Below are positions 13,961 to 26,372 of a stretch of 64,000 nucleotides of DNA, one piece after another. The stretch comes from Mobula hypostoma (Eukaryota). Location: assembly GCF_963921235.1 (NCBI RefSeq), contig NC_086108.1:51834001-51898000 (forward strand). Reading direction: 5' to 3'. The position numbers were made by a program, and so were the translations under genes. Under the pieces are notes generated by a model. That model worked only from the letters and a program-made list of their open reading frames with translations. It was not told the DNA's origin and made no database searches. How positions within the stretch are numbered: the first letter of the stretch is position 1; each line of letters begins with the position of its first letter.

Positions 13961-15269
13961 CAATCTCATGGCAATAACAGCCAGAAAGTTCCAGCCTCAT
14001 ATTCCAAACAGTAGGGAGCTGATGATGAATCTAGTGCCCTTATCATTCCATCATTGGCTAAGCTCTTTGACAGTCCAAAATACATCAAATTTACATTGAA
14101 AACTACCTCTTTTCATGGCTCATTAACTACATTATTGACCAGTCTATAGAAAAGTACTGTAAATAAAAATTACACAGGTAACCACGGAACTTCCATGTTT
14201 GAAAAAAAAACTTTATAAAGCTGACTAAGGTTATATTTGACTGTGAACTATAAAGTTGTTAGCAGTGTGAGAAGTTACCTGATGCAATTCAAAACGATCA
14301 AAGAAAATATTTGCTGAAATCTTCAGACTCATTAGGGATGTTATGAGGATCACCATGACAAATTAGTTATACTTGTACACAAACTGTGCCCTCTATATCT
14401 TTCCTCTAATGCAGGAGAATCTCCTACCATTTCCTCTAATGCAAAAAGTATCTGTCCAATCAGCATTTAACAGTAGAAAATCTCCCTGTATGATTATTCT
14501 GCAACACAGAGAAAACCTGTATAGTTAAACTGTAATGAAAAGAGATTCTCTACATTCAGGACATAATACAGAGGTCATGGTATATCCAACTTGTAATATC
14601 ACCAGGGCTCTTTGAATAAGATAATGCCTTTAATATAAAATAAAAGATTACAGCACTTCATAGTAGCATACAGTAATAAGACCTAAGTTGACATTAGGCC
14701 AAAGGAAAAATTAGGAAGGGTAACTAAAAGTTCCAGTCAAAGAAATGGATTTATGGAAAGATTTTTAGGGAATTTTCATAATAAAGATGACTAAAGGTGT
14801 AATCCCTCAGAGTGAAGTGTCCTGGAGTTAAGAGATGGGTAGAGTCAGAGGAACAGGCTGTTCAAAAGGTGAATGTTTGTCAGTGTAGGTGATAATTGAG
14901 AAAGGGAGGATAAAATAATGAAGAGATTAAATAGAGAGGTACAGTATTTTGAAATGTAGGTGCTTTGAGTGACTGTGAACCAGGAAAACTTTATACTGCA
15001 TTACTGTGCTCCAAAGAGTGACTTGCACATTTATCACATGACATATATAATCTACATATTCCAAAAGATATTTTACCAGTAATTTTGGAACAGCAAACTT
15101 CCTGATGTAGTAATATTACAGCAAACTGCTCATTTCTCTTGATTCAGCCTAAACTGCGAAATGTAAAGGAATAACCTACTGTGCAATCCATGGAACTGTA
15201 TGTAAATACAAATAGTGAGAGGAACCATCTTGAAGATTCCATCACTCCTGGACAAAGCTAAATCAAGTT

Positions 15270-15432
15270 CAAGTCCATGAACCTATGAACACTACCTTCC
15301 TATTCCTCTTCTACATTATTTATTTATTCATTTATATGTAGCTTATAATAATTTTTATATTTTGCGCTGTACTGCTGCTGCAAAACAACAAATTTCATGA
15401 CATATGTCAGTGATAACTTGATTCTGATTCTG
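15270..15432 (+). mobile_element. Rex1/Babar-like LINE 3' tail
   Basis: GTACTGCTGCTGCAAAACAACAAATTTCATGACATATGTCAGTGATAA...(GATTCT)n tail, shared with other copies. Confidence 0.65.
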
Positions 15433-16159
15433 AGGGCTCCCTAAGTCCACAGTGGGGAGAAGCTTACAATCTTTAAGTGTGCGATAGGGCTCTTACTCAT
15501 TCCAGGTGTCCCAGAGAAGGGAGATGTATCATGTTTTAGGATATTTTGATAATTTTCCATGGGCCATTAGGAGAAAAGAATTGGTGTAAGTTGTAAGCTT
15601 ACAAGCAAAGTGCATTTGCAGAAGTTAAAATAGAGATACAGAGACTAACTATAGTTGAATATTAATGTTAATACTTTATTAAACCATAATCACCTTACAT
15701 CCACCATCATTGGTCCTTAATAGCTGTGAACAGGGAATGACTTTTAAAGAAAGAAAAGGCAAGCAGCCAAATTCAGCAAAGGCTGCCAAATTAAATGTTT
15801 TAAAAGCTAAATGATTCATATATGGTTTTGACTTGTTAGTTTTTGAAGAGATTAAAGAAATATACATGCAAAAAAAATTATAAAATCAGGTTATGGAGGA
15901 AATACCATTCATACATCTGGATAGATTGTACAGATTAACACTAAAATATCTTGGGTGAACATACGATTTTCAGACCATATTCACAGGTGATATGACTGTA
16001 CCTCAGAGAATACTTAAGGCCAAGCCATCCTCAGGCAATACTTAAGGTGCAAAAAGACAGCTGGATTGTCTGCTCTCAAACAGAGCATACTGTGATCCCT
16101 AGACACAAGTCCTTACACTTCAGGATCATCTTTAAAAGCAGGATTTACTCGTGGCCAAC

Positions 16160-16810
16160 TATTTTAATTCAAATCTGCATTCCTGCCCTGGTGAGGCCAC
16201 TCTCAGGTTGGAGAAGCAACACCTCATGTTCCATCTAGGTAGCCTCCACCCTCCAGTAATGTTTCCCCCCTCCCCTTTCCCTCTTCTTCAATTTCCCACT
16301 TTGGCCTCTTCTTCTTGAAGTATTCTGAAGTGACAACAATGTTATTTTTTTCCAATGCCTTCTGATGCCAGCTGTATATAGTCCAAGGCATATAGCTGAG
16401 CAGATGGCTCCTGCCCAAAAGATCATGTGTTTTGTGCCTGAGGTCTTGATCTTCAAGTTCCATATCCTACTTCTCCTCAGCAGTCTATCACCTCCCTCGG
16501 TGCCCTCCTTTCTCACATGATCCACTCTCTTCTCCAATCAGCTTCCTTCTTCACCAGCCCTTTACCTTTTCAAACTATCACCTCATAGCTTCTTACTTCA
16601 TCCACCCTCCCCAATCCACCTGGCTTCACTGATCACCTTGTACTCCTTCCCCACCCCAACCTTCTTATTCTGGCATCTACCCTTTCCTTCACAGTCCCGA
16701 AAAAGAGGGTCAGCCAGTAATGTCGACTGCTTATTAATTTCCATAGATGCTGCCTGACCTGCTGAGTTCTTCCAACATTTTGTGTGTGTTGCTCTGGCTA
16801 TCCAGCATCT
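16160..16810 (+). mobile_element. Old Penelope-like element 3' end and pLTR
   Basis: GAGGCCACTCTCAGGTTGGAGAAGCAACACCTC matches the end of the GIY-YIG domain at 27980-28040. Degenerate hammerhead and pLTR follow. Confidence 0.8.
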
Positions 16811-18139
16811 GCACAATCTCTTGTGTTTAGGATGATTTTTAAATTGCCCCCACAGTTCTGAAGGAGACAATATTAATTTGAAGAGCTTCACTTCCAAGAG
16901 TTCTATAATAAACATAAATCATCTGGTAAAATTTCAAAAGATCTCAGACAAAAAATGCTGAGTTATCAAACTGTGATATTTTAATGACCATATGCTTTTC
17001 TAATCCTGAACTAACTTTACAGTTATGCAGGTGCCCTTTCCTGGTACAGCACATAATTTGTTTGTGTAATGGTTGAAACCTATAGAGTAAATAATAATTC
17101 AGAGCTGGTCTTCAGTATTTCCCTTCAGGCATTGATCGAAAATAATCCATTCTATCTCTCCTCATCTGGTGACCCATAAGATCCTGATATAAATGCTGAG
17201 ATGCATTACTCTTACACTGCTCGGTTTGGTAAAGATTATTGAGAGCAGATGATTCCTCACTCACATTGTTGGTGGTTGATGTCTAGTCACAGGGAGAGCA
17301 CATGTGAGAGCACCTAGAGACATCAGAAAATCTGGAGCAATTTGACATCTTGAAAGAGGAATGAGATTCCCCAATGAATCCCCCATTTTTTTGTTTAGGG
17401 CAGCAAAGGGAATAGATGACACTATGGAGAAAAGATATAACTGAGGTGTTCTATAATGAGGAAATATTGTTGGCCAATGCAAACCATAATACTAATTGAC
17501 CACTACTGAACTCAATGTCAAACAAAGCTGTTTCACTGCCCAATACTTTCTGCAATTTTTCTTGCTGCAATGTTGCACCTCACTTCCAACCAAGTTTCAT
17601 CATTAGTGCGAAACCGTTCAAACTACAGCAACTACACTCCAAAACTATAGTTACCCGAATACTAGCAGATGCCTGCAGTAAAAAGATTATGTTTACTCAG
17701 AGTCTAGTTTCTAAACCATTTCAGATTCAGGTTTAGGTTCTAAAACATCATCCACTCAACAACTGAAGCATAGGAGAAGATAGCCTTATATTTAACATCC
17801 AAGTTGCCACTCTACCAGCCTGACCTTGACCTCCAAGATAAAAGATCAATGGAAGAAAAAGGAATGTGAAAACCAAGACCTCAGGCACAAAATACATGAT
17901 CAATTGGGCAGGAGACATCTGCTCAGCTATACGCCTTGAACTACATACAGCTGGCATCTGAAGGCACTGAAAAAAGTACCATTATTGTCACTTCAGAGTG
18001 CTCCAAATAAGGATAAATTTCAAAGTAAATTTATTATCAAAGTGCACATAGTATATGTCACCATATTCAACCCTGAGATTTATTTTCTTGTGGACATAAT
18101 AAATCCATAATAGAATCATTATGGATTAAGTAAACCAAC

Positions 18140-18620
18140 TTTGGTGTGCTCTACCTGGGTAACATCCTCAGTTCTGAGGGCTTAGTTATACCCTGTCAGC
18201 TATGTTGAGCTGATCACATAACTTGCATACTCATCAGACTCCTGAAATATTGTGTTCCAAGCTCTGTCGTGGGACAAGTGGATGGAGAAAAAGATTCAAG
18301 AACGTGCTCAAAGATTCCTCGAAGAAATTCAACATCTCCATTGATTCCTTAGAACTTCGGGCCCGTGACAGCTCCAAGTTGAGAAGGAGCATTCGTATTG
18401 GTATGGAGAACCTTGAGCGATGTAGTGGAAATACGTGGAAGCCCTGAATAAGAAATAGAGTACCCCACCCCACAAAGCACTGTACCTCTCCACTTGTGCA
18501 GCAACCGTCAGTTCCACCTGTGGAAGATTCTGCAGTTCCTACCTTGGCCTCCATGGCTACTTCAGAACTTACAAAACAGAATGGAAGCATGTCAACCATG
18601 ATCCCCTGGGAATGGTTCCA
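18140..18620 (+). mobile_element. RTE LINE 3' fragment
   Basis: SGWRKRFKNVLKDSSKKFNI..ARDSSKLRR resembles the RTE C-terminus and the 3' end of the element at 36178-38410. Confidence 0.7.
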
Positions 18621-18821
18621 AGTAACATGTGGAAATGGGACCATGTGAGCTTGGACATAAGCAGCATCACACACAAAATGCTGAAGGAACTCAGCAGGCT
18701 AGGCAGCAGGAAGAAGAAAAGAGTAACATGGAAAAGCGTATAGTCGATATTCCAGGGTGAGACCTTCAGCAGGACTCTTTTCCATAGATGCTGCTTGGCC
18801 TGCTGAGTTCCTCCAGCATTT

Positions 18822-19471
18822 TAGAAAACCTACAGCACAATACAGGCCATTCAGCCCACAATGCTATGCCCAATATGCACTTATTTTAGAAATTACCTAG
18901 GGTTACCCATAGCCCTCTATTTTTCTAAGTTCCATGAACCTATCCAGGAGTCTCATAAAAGACCCTATCATATCCGCCTCCACCACCATCACCGGCAGCT
19001 CATTCAACGCACCCACCACTCTCTGCATAAAAAACGTAACCCTGACATCTCCTCTGTACCTACTTCCAAGCACCTTAAAGCTGTGCCATCTAGTCCTGAC
19101 GAAGGGTCTCGGCCTGAAACGTCGACTGTACCTCTTCCTAGAGATGCTGCCTGGCCTGCTGTGTTCACCAGCAACTTTGATGTGTGTTGCCATCTTGTGT
19201 TAGCCGTTTCGGCCCTGGGAGATAGCCTGACTATCCACAGGATCAATGCCTCTCATCATCTTATACACCTCTATCAGGTCACCTTGCATCCTCCGCCGCT
19301 CCAAAGAGAAAAGACCGAGTTCACTCAACCTGTTTTCATAATGCATGCTCCCCAATCCAGGCACCATCCTTGTAAATCTCCTCTGCATCCTTTCTATAGT
19401 TTCCACATCCTTCCTGTAGTGAGGTGACCAGAACTGAGCACAGTACTCCAAGTGGGGTCTGACTAGGGTTC
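18822..19471 (-). mobile_element. CR1 LINE 3' fragment
   Basis: EYCAQFWSPHYRKDVETIERMQRRFTRMVPGL...RRRMQGDLIEVYK. Confidence 0.92.
19091..19128 (+). ncRNA. Minimal hammerhead ribozyme motif (Penelope pLTR) in a solo insert at 19092-19187
   Basis: TAGTC-CTGACGA-AGGGTCTCGGCCT-GAAA-CG-TC-GACTG. The insert is flanked by an 8-bp TSD TGCCATCT (19084-19091 / 19188-19195). Confidence 0.75.
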
Positions 19472-20075
19472 TACCTCCTGTGTGTGTTGCTTGGATTTCT
19501 AAGATCTGCAGATTTTCTCTTATATGGAGAGAACTGTATTATTTTGAATGGCCTCAAGACTACTGAGAATAAAATGAGGGAACAGGCTCTTCTACATGAA
19601 ATATTGAATCCATGTTCCCCCCATAGGCATTACTTGATTTGCTGAGTATTTCAAGCAAGTAATTGTTGGGGATTAAGAAGCTTGGTCTGATAATTGACAT
19701 GATAATTGAGACTTCAGGCAAAATGCAGCAACAAACTGTAGGCGCACATTTGATATAGAAAACTTCAGTACTCAGCTTGTAATGCAACGACGAGTGCATA
19801 AACATTCAAATCAGAAAGGAAGGAAAATAGTATGGGGGTGAGTGGGTAAGTAGGAAAAGCTGCCAATGTTCTGTTGTTGATGGTGGATGACCAGGATTTA
19901 CATTATGATTGGTTTGGATGCAGCCATCAATAAGCATGAGTAGAATGACTAGAAGAGGCCTGTCTTTTAAACACAGCATAAGGGAAACACTTCTGCACCT
20001 TACAATTCCACATTTATGGAAGATTATTTTAAAAATAGGCATCTTTCATGAACCTCCTGAAGTTCTTCATCACAA

Positions 20076-20108
20076 GCTGTATTTATTATGTCCACAGGGC
20101 GGCAGCAT
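20076..20108 (+). promoter_or_regulatory. Candidate CTCF site
   Basis: GCTGTATT-TATTA-TGTCCACAGGGCGGCAGCA: a core-like motif with an upstream module at canonical spacing. Confidence 0.4.
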
Positions 20109-20501
20109 AAATGCATGAAGTAACCCCGATCATCTGTGAACGTTTGTGTAAGAGTTGCTAATGTAGCATATGAGTTTTCATTATCAACAATGAAACCATA
20201 GGGCTCCTACACACAAGGCATGCTTACACCCCTCCCCCTCACTTTCCTGCCACTTACTGCACTCTCTAAATTCAGTATGTTGGCATGATAAAAACTTTTG
20301 TTTTTTTCTAGTTGGTTCTGATCTGTTTCTTTCTTTCTACATTTATCTGTTCAAAATACTATGCTATTCTACTCACCTATTGTTTCACTAATTTCTGTCA
20401 GAAACCAGCTGGCCTCCATCCATAATCCCCCCATGGAAGTGCTCTGGAAAATGGGACGTTAAAATGGATTTAATTTAGATCTTCCAGCAACATAACATAA
20501 A

Positions 20502-20865
20502 ATTACTTATTTTTATACACACATTCTTTCTCTCACTCTCCTTTTTCTCCCTCTGTCCCTCTGAATATACCTCTTGCCCATCCTCTGGGTCCCCCCCCCC
20601 CTTGTCTTTCTTCCCGGACCTCCTGTCCCATGATCCTCTCGTATCCCTTTTGCCAATCACCTGTCCAGCTCTTGGCTCCATCCCTCCCCCTCCTGTCTTC
20701 TCCTATCATTTTACATCTCCCCCTCCCCCTCCAGCTTTCAAATCCCTTACTCACTTTTCCTTCAGTTAGTCCTGACGAAGGGTCTCGGCCTGAAACGTCG
20801 ACTGCACCTCTTCCTAGAGATGCTGCCTGGCCTGCTGCGTTCACCAGCAACTTTGATGTGTGTTG
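20502..20865 (+). mobile_element. Penelope pLTR insertion containing a hammerhead motif (20767-20804)
   Basis: Near-identical to 28105-28473. 9-bp TSD TAACATAAA (20493-20501 / 20866-20874). Confidence 0.9.
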
Positions 20866-21519
20866 TAACATAAAGTATATTTATTTTGATCAAAACTTTA
20901 TAAGTTTAGATGTCCAATTATTTAGTACAGATAATAAACTAATATGCACATTGCTGGCACTGGTAACCAGTCAAAGACAAAGATGATCAAAGACTTAAGT
21001 TGAAAGGATTTCTAAGGTTGGAAATATTCCAAAGCAGAGGAGCTGAGCTACCTTCAGTTTTAAAAAATGTTTTCACGATGTGACAGTTTCGTGAGATCAC
21101 AATCCTAATTTTCCTATGAAATCATTCTTCAAGCTCTGTTATCTTGTATTGATGATGTATTGAGGACATCCTTAGCCAAGAATTATTTCCAGCCATGGAT
21201 GTTGGCTAAACATCAGGTTGGAAACCATGATTAATTTTTCCTTTCCATAACTGAGGTACTCTCAGACTAGTTACAGAATTGTACTTTGACAAAAATCAGC
21301 TAACTCATTACATAAGGGAATTAAAATGGTTTACGACTTAACAATTAAAGAGTGAACCTATCATCTAGGTGCAAGGGCTGTTATAATCTTGATTTTTGGC
21401 CAATGGAGTAAATGTTACAATCAAATTTCCAAAATCCTGAGAAACACATTCTGTCTTTAAGATTCTGAAGTTCAATTAACTGCTAAAATAACAGAAAATA
21501 TGACCCAGGTGTAGTAGAT

Positions 21520-21785
21520 AGTGCATTTTGATTCAGGTTCCATCCTGACCTCCAGTGCTGCCTACATGGTGATTTCATGATTTCCCTGGTTGATCCAGTT
21601 TCCTCAATCATTCAAAACACATGATGTTTGGTAAGTTAATTGGTCACTGCAAATTGACTCTTGCATATGTAGATGGTGGAATCTGAAGGGAGATGATGGG
21701 TGAATGTGGAGAATAACATGGGATTAGTGCAAATGGTAGTCAGGTGTGGACTCAGTTTTCTGAAGGGCTTATTTCTATGTTTTAT
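21520..21785 (+). mobile_element. Degenerate V-domain SINE
   Basis: Decayed V-domain (CCAGTTTCCTCAATCATTCAAAACAC) and a CR1-like tail. Confidence 0.55.
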
Positions 21786-22989
21786 GATTGTAACTATCTT
21801 CTCTTCAGATGGTATTAGATGATAAAGCTTCAGAATTGCACAATAAGGAGCTTGTGACCATTCACTTGTGCAATTGGAATTGCATTAAAAGAAGGTTTTT
21901 GAGCAACTTCCTTTAATAATGTTTATGCATGCCTTCCAATTTGCAAGGAAGCAACAACACAGGTCTCAACACACTTGACTTTAAATATCAGGTGGATAAG
22001 AAGTGTGAACTATTCACTTGGGAGTTGCAGAAGATGAACTCAGCTAACTCTAATGGTCATGCTTCATTTGAATGGTGCCTGCCGAGCTCCCTGTTGAGAT
22101 GGCTGAGGCGTCAATTGGAAGTGACTGATGGTCATTATGAATGGATATAATGAGATAGGACAGACTCAATGAAATGGTACCCAGCATAATCTCCAGGTGA
22201 GGAATCCCTGTAAGGAGCTTCAGGTGGAAAGTCCAGGTCATTCGGGATACTGTACAAGGTTTGTTTGTCGGAGGTGGAGAAGTATTTCTGCTCCTTTTGA
22301 TACAGAGTGAATCAAAACAATGTTTTGCTAGCTTGGCCTGTCAGGAAAACAATTACAATACTGGCATTTTAATCAAACTGCCAGTTAGAAAAACAAGTTG
22401 AGGCTGAGAAACAACACCATTAGTTTTCAATCTTGTACCTAAAAGTTACCAGTGAACCTAGGGTGTGCATTCTTCTCAAGTACAAGTGGATTATGACATT
22501 GAGTTAGCTCTTTATAGTCCTCCATCCTATGAAATCAGTCTCCCTTCTCTCAGCAGTAGGCATGTAAATTATGAGTCAAGTTCCTCTGAATGAGTATGAA
22601 TGAAGTGGCTATTCAATAACTCTTATACACAATTTCTAAGTAGTTGGAGATGGAAATAATCAAAATACTCTGAAAAGGAACCTTTCATACATGGAGACCA
22701 TATTCTAGATGTTGGGTTATGTGTTCTGGATTATGTGGGAAATTCACCTTGTTCCAGTTGGAATGAATCGCTTATAAAATTACAGGTCATGAAAATTAAT
22801 GCCACTGATGGAAATTATTTGCCTACTGTGTCTTACTAGGTGAAACCTAATTTTATTTCCCATTTCTTAATCTATTGGTTTGTAGGATATGGCACAAGTA
22901 CTTAATCACACATTTTTAAATCCAATGAGACATTCCGTCTATTCTTCTACTCTTTCACCCAATGAGTTCCAGACTCTTTCCGTATCCTT

Positions 22990-24090
22990 AACACAAGAGA
23001 TTCTGCAGATGATGGAAATCCAGAGCAACACACATAAAATGCCAAAGGAACTTGGGAAGTGAGGCAACATCTACGAAAATAAATAATGTGTCGATATTTC
23101 TGGCCGAGACCATTCATGAGGTCTGGAAAGGAAGGGAGAAGATGCCAGAATAAAAAGGTGGAGGGAGCAGAAGGAGGACTTGCTAGAAGGTGATAGGTGA
23201 AGTTAGGTGGGTAGGTGAGTGGGAAAGGTAAGGGGTGAAGAAGAAGGAATCTGATAATAATGGAAAGTTGGCTCTCCAGAAAGGAAGAAAGGGAAGAAGG
23301 AGGGGCAACATGGGGAGATGAAAGGCAGGTGAAGAGAAGAGGTAAGAGGTCAGAGTGGGGTATAGAGGAAGGGGGAGGGGAAAATTACCAGAAGGAGAAA
23401 TCAATGTTCATGTCATCAGGTTGGAGGTTATCTACTGCTCCTCCACCCTGAGATTGGTCTCAACATGGCAGAAAAGAGGCCATGGACTGACTTGTTGGAA
23501 CAGGAATGGAGATAGAAATTAAAATGGTTGGCCATTGGGAAATTCCACTTTTGTGGATGGAGCAGAGGTGCTCTACAAAGCAGCCACCAAATTTATGTTG
23601 AGTGTCCCCAGTGTAGAGGAGGCTGCATTGGGAGCACTGGATTTGCAGGTGAAGTGTTGCCTCAATTGGAAGGACTGTTTGGGGCTCTGAATGGAGGTAA
23701 GGGAGGAGGTGAATGGACAGGTGTAGTATTTCTCTCACTTGCGGGGATACATGCCAGGAGGGAGATTAGTAGGGAGGGATGAATGGACAAGGGAATCATG
23801 GAGGGAATATCTCCTGTGGAAAGTGGAGAGCAGAGGGATAGTAAAGGTGTATATTGGTGGTAGGATCCCATTGAAGATGGTGGAAGTTGTGGAGAATGAT
23901 GTGTTGGATATGGAGGCTCATGGCATGGTAGATTTGACAAGAGGGGCTCCATTTCTGTTAAGGCGGTGGGAAGAAGGTGAGATCATGGACATCCAGGAAT
24001 TGGAGGAAATTCGGGTGTAGGCTGCATCACTGGTGGAGGAAGGGAAACCCCATTCTTTGAAGGAGGTATCTGTCTTGCTTCTGCTACACC
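22990..24090 (-). mobile_element. Older Penelope-like element (RT C-terminus, GIY-YIG, pLTR)
   Basis: Minus strand reads SFKEWGFPSST and CSQCSLLYTGDT. The pLTR is at about 22990-23400. Confidence 0.85.
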
Positions 24091-24339
24091 TAGCATGAAA
24101 CAAAGATTCTGACTATCTCCCCCTCTCTATGCTACTCATAATTGAGCAGAGCATCCTTGAGCTAGGAATCCAATCATTTAAGGATCTTAAAATTCTTTAA
24201 AGTCATTAATCATTTGAGCAAATAAACCACAGAATGCCAATCTTAAACAAAAAAAAAGTAACGGTAATGGTGAAAAGAATCAGGAACATTGAATGTGACA
24301 ATTTTAAGATTATAAGTGCTGAATAGACTTTTCACTCCC

Positions 24340-25015
24340 AGGTCTTTCTCTCTTACTTGATCTTCCCCACTCATTTCCTCTCCATTCTCATTTTTTGTCC
24401 TTTTGCACTAACTCTTTTCACCCACTTCATGGCTTCACCCATACTCTATCCATACCGTCAATATATCTACCTCTCATGCAACCTATTCTCTTGGTCCTTT
24501 TATCTCTTGACATTTCTCCCTTCTTTCTCTTTCTCTCTCCCTCCAATCCACATTCTCTCTTTAAAACAGCCACAACCCCCTAAACTAGCATGTCCACCCT
24601 CTCTCATTTATTCTGCTGACTTGCATTCCTATCCCATTTGGCTTCCTTTGTTTGCTTGCCCATCTTTAAGCCAGTTAACCTTACCTTGCACTCTCTCCCT
24701 TGCTAGCTCCCCACTTTCCTCCCCCGGATTGCTACATTCTTTTTTTATCCTTTTCTCATTTTCTCCCACCATTTTCTCTCTTTTACTCTGTGTTCCTCAT
24801 CTTCCCTCTACCTTGCTATCCCCCCTAAATCTTAATCTAGCTCTCTTGCCAACCCCTCACAGATGTACACACTCAATTCTCTCTTCCTCTTGCATGCATT
24901 CTCAATGCTTGTGCACCTGTAACATGGTTTCCACCTTACAACGTTCCAACATTCTTCTTGTTTACTCTCCACCAGCACCCCTTTCTCTGTTCTTCCCTCC
25001 CATTCTACCTTCAAC
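24340..25015. repeat. Pyrimidine-rich low-complexity tract
   Basis: Strong C/T bias on the plus strand. The 222-aa ORF is an L/S/P/F compositional artefact. Confidence 0.75.
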
Positions 25016-26372
25016 TGAAATCTAATCTTTGAAGAAAGTCAATTCAGCCGCAATCAAGTTGATGAATTCAAAATGCACTCATTATTAAGGGTGACAATAC
25101 AGTTCAGATCATTCGGGTTTGCGTCAGATCCATGACTAATAAATAATGTTTTAATATCTTTGAATTTTTAAATGAAAAGGGAGTCAGCTTGAATACTGAT
25201 CATTGCCACCATCAAATAGGGGATTTCAGAGGTTCAAATTGAATAGGTGTTGTGGTACTAAATGCCACTATTTCCATGGAAAACCACAATTAGCCTATTT
25301 TTTTCTTTATGAATATTGACAAGAAGGATTAACTTTATCCAAAATCTGGACTGAAATATTTGAATTTAATATGTTTTCCCTCAGGCTCCTTGCTGCCATT
25401 TTTTTCTTTTTTACTTATGATTAGACAATTCATACTCTGAATTAAAATGATTGCATAGAAATTGGCTTGTGAGAAACTATGACCGCATCCATCTTTGGCT
25501 AGAGTTGTTCAGTATTGGAATACCAATAGACATGTGAACAATGATGCATTCAAAGAATCACCTCATGTATTAATAAGGGTTACAAATCCTTTGCAGCAGT
25601 CAGCTCGAAGTAGTTGAGCCACTAATTAATGGTGAGAATGAGAGAAGCAGAGGAGTACCTTTTCCCCAGTGGATGCAGGAACGTCAAAGCTTTCTGTCAT
25701 CATAAACTACTTGGCTGTATACTTAAGAATCTCTTGGGTCACACATGTTTAAGTCAACCTTCTTGCTAAGTTGCCTGTATCACACATGTTTGTGAGAGAA
25801 TAGTTTAAAGTTTGGTCTTTATCCGTCATTAAGAAAGCTGTACTTAAATAGACCTTCCAAGCTGATACAGAATTTAAATGGAGCAAATCCAAAATAATAA
25901 ATAGAAACATGAATAGAATTTTATGCCTGGGCCTTAATGAAATGCTTTATGTCAGCCATCCATCCATTTGTAAGACTTGATAGTTCAATGAAGCAGTGCT
26001 GCTCTCTGTGAAAATCAATGTGGATAGTTGCAAATATAATTCTGAATCAGCAATAGGGAATTCTGTGGTAACAAAAGCTATTAATCACTTTCAGGCATTG
26101 TTGACAAAACCTGCATGAATTGCTGAACTCTAATTACTATTTAAGGAGTTGATGGCGAGAGGTTTCCTTTATTTACTGCTGTCTGGTTTACTGTGAAGGC
26201 ACACTGCTAATGACTAGAAATGGAATGGCAAGAAGGTAATTGGACAGACCATGTTTTGTGGACTGTACATAGCCAGACAATTATATACAGTACATTGAAG
26301 GGCAGATGCTGCACTGCTGTATCTGCACTGGAACACGTGGATAGATACAAGGCTAGGTTTGCAGCATGTCTT

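Larger units (their letters stand above)
18666..19522. mobile_element. Penelope pLTR-derived foldback element, interrupted by CR1
   Basis: Left arm CACACAAAATGCTGAAGGAACTCAGCAGG... and its complement. The right arm resumes after the CR1 at about 19477 (TGTGTGTGTTGCTTGGATTTC). Confidence 0.75.

Noticed and set aside
16001..16047. Short direct repeat CCTCAG..AATACTTAAGG twice
   Set aside because: It is a local duplication in decayed CR1 sequence, not an array. No CRISPR, rRNA or tRNA gene was seen anywhere in the window.
24357..25025. 222-aa ORF
   Set aside because: It arises from pyrimidine-rich low complexity that lacks stop codons, and has no domain features.
26220..26372. Unique N-terminal extension in frame with the Penelope RT (376-aa ORF)
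   Set aside because: This is chance read-through into a 5'-truncated insertion. The element is frameshifted and has a stop, so there is no sign of domestication.
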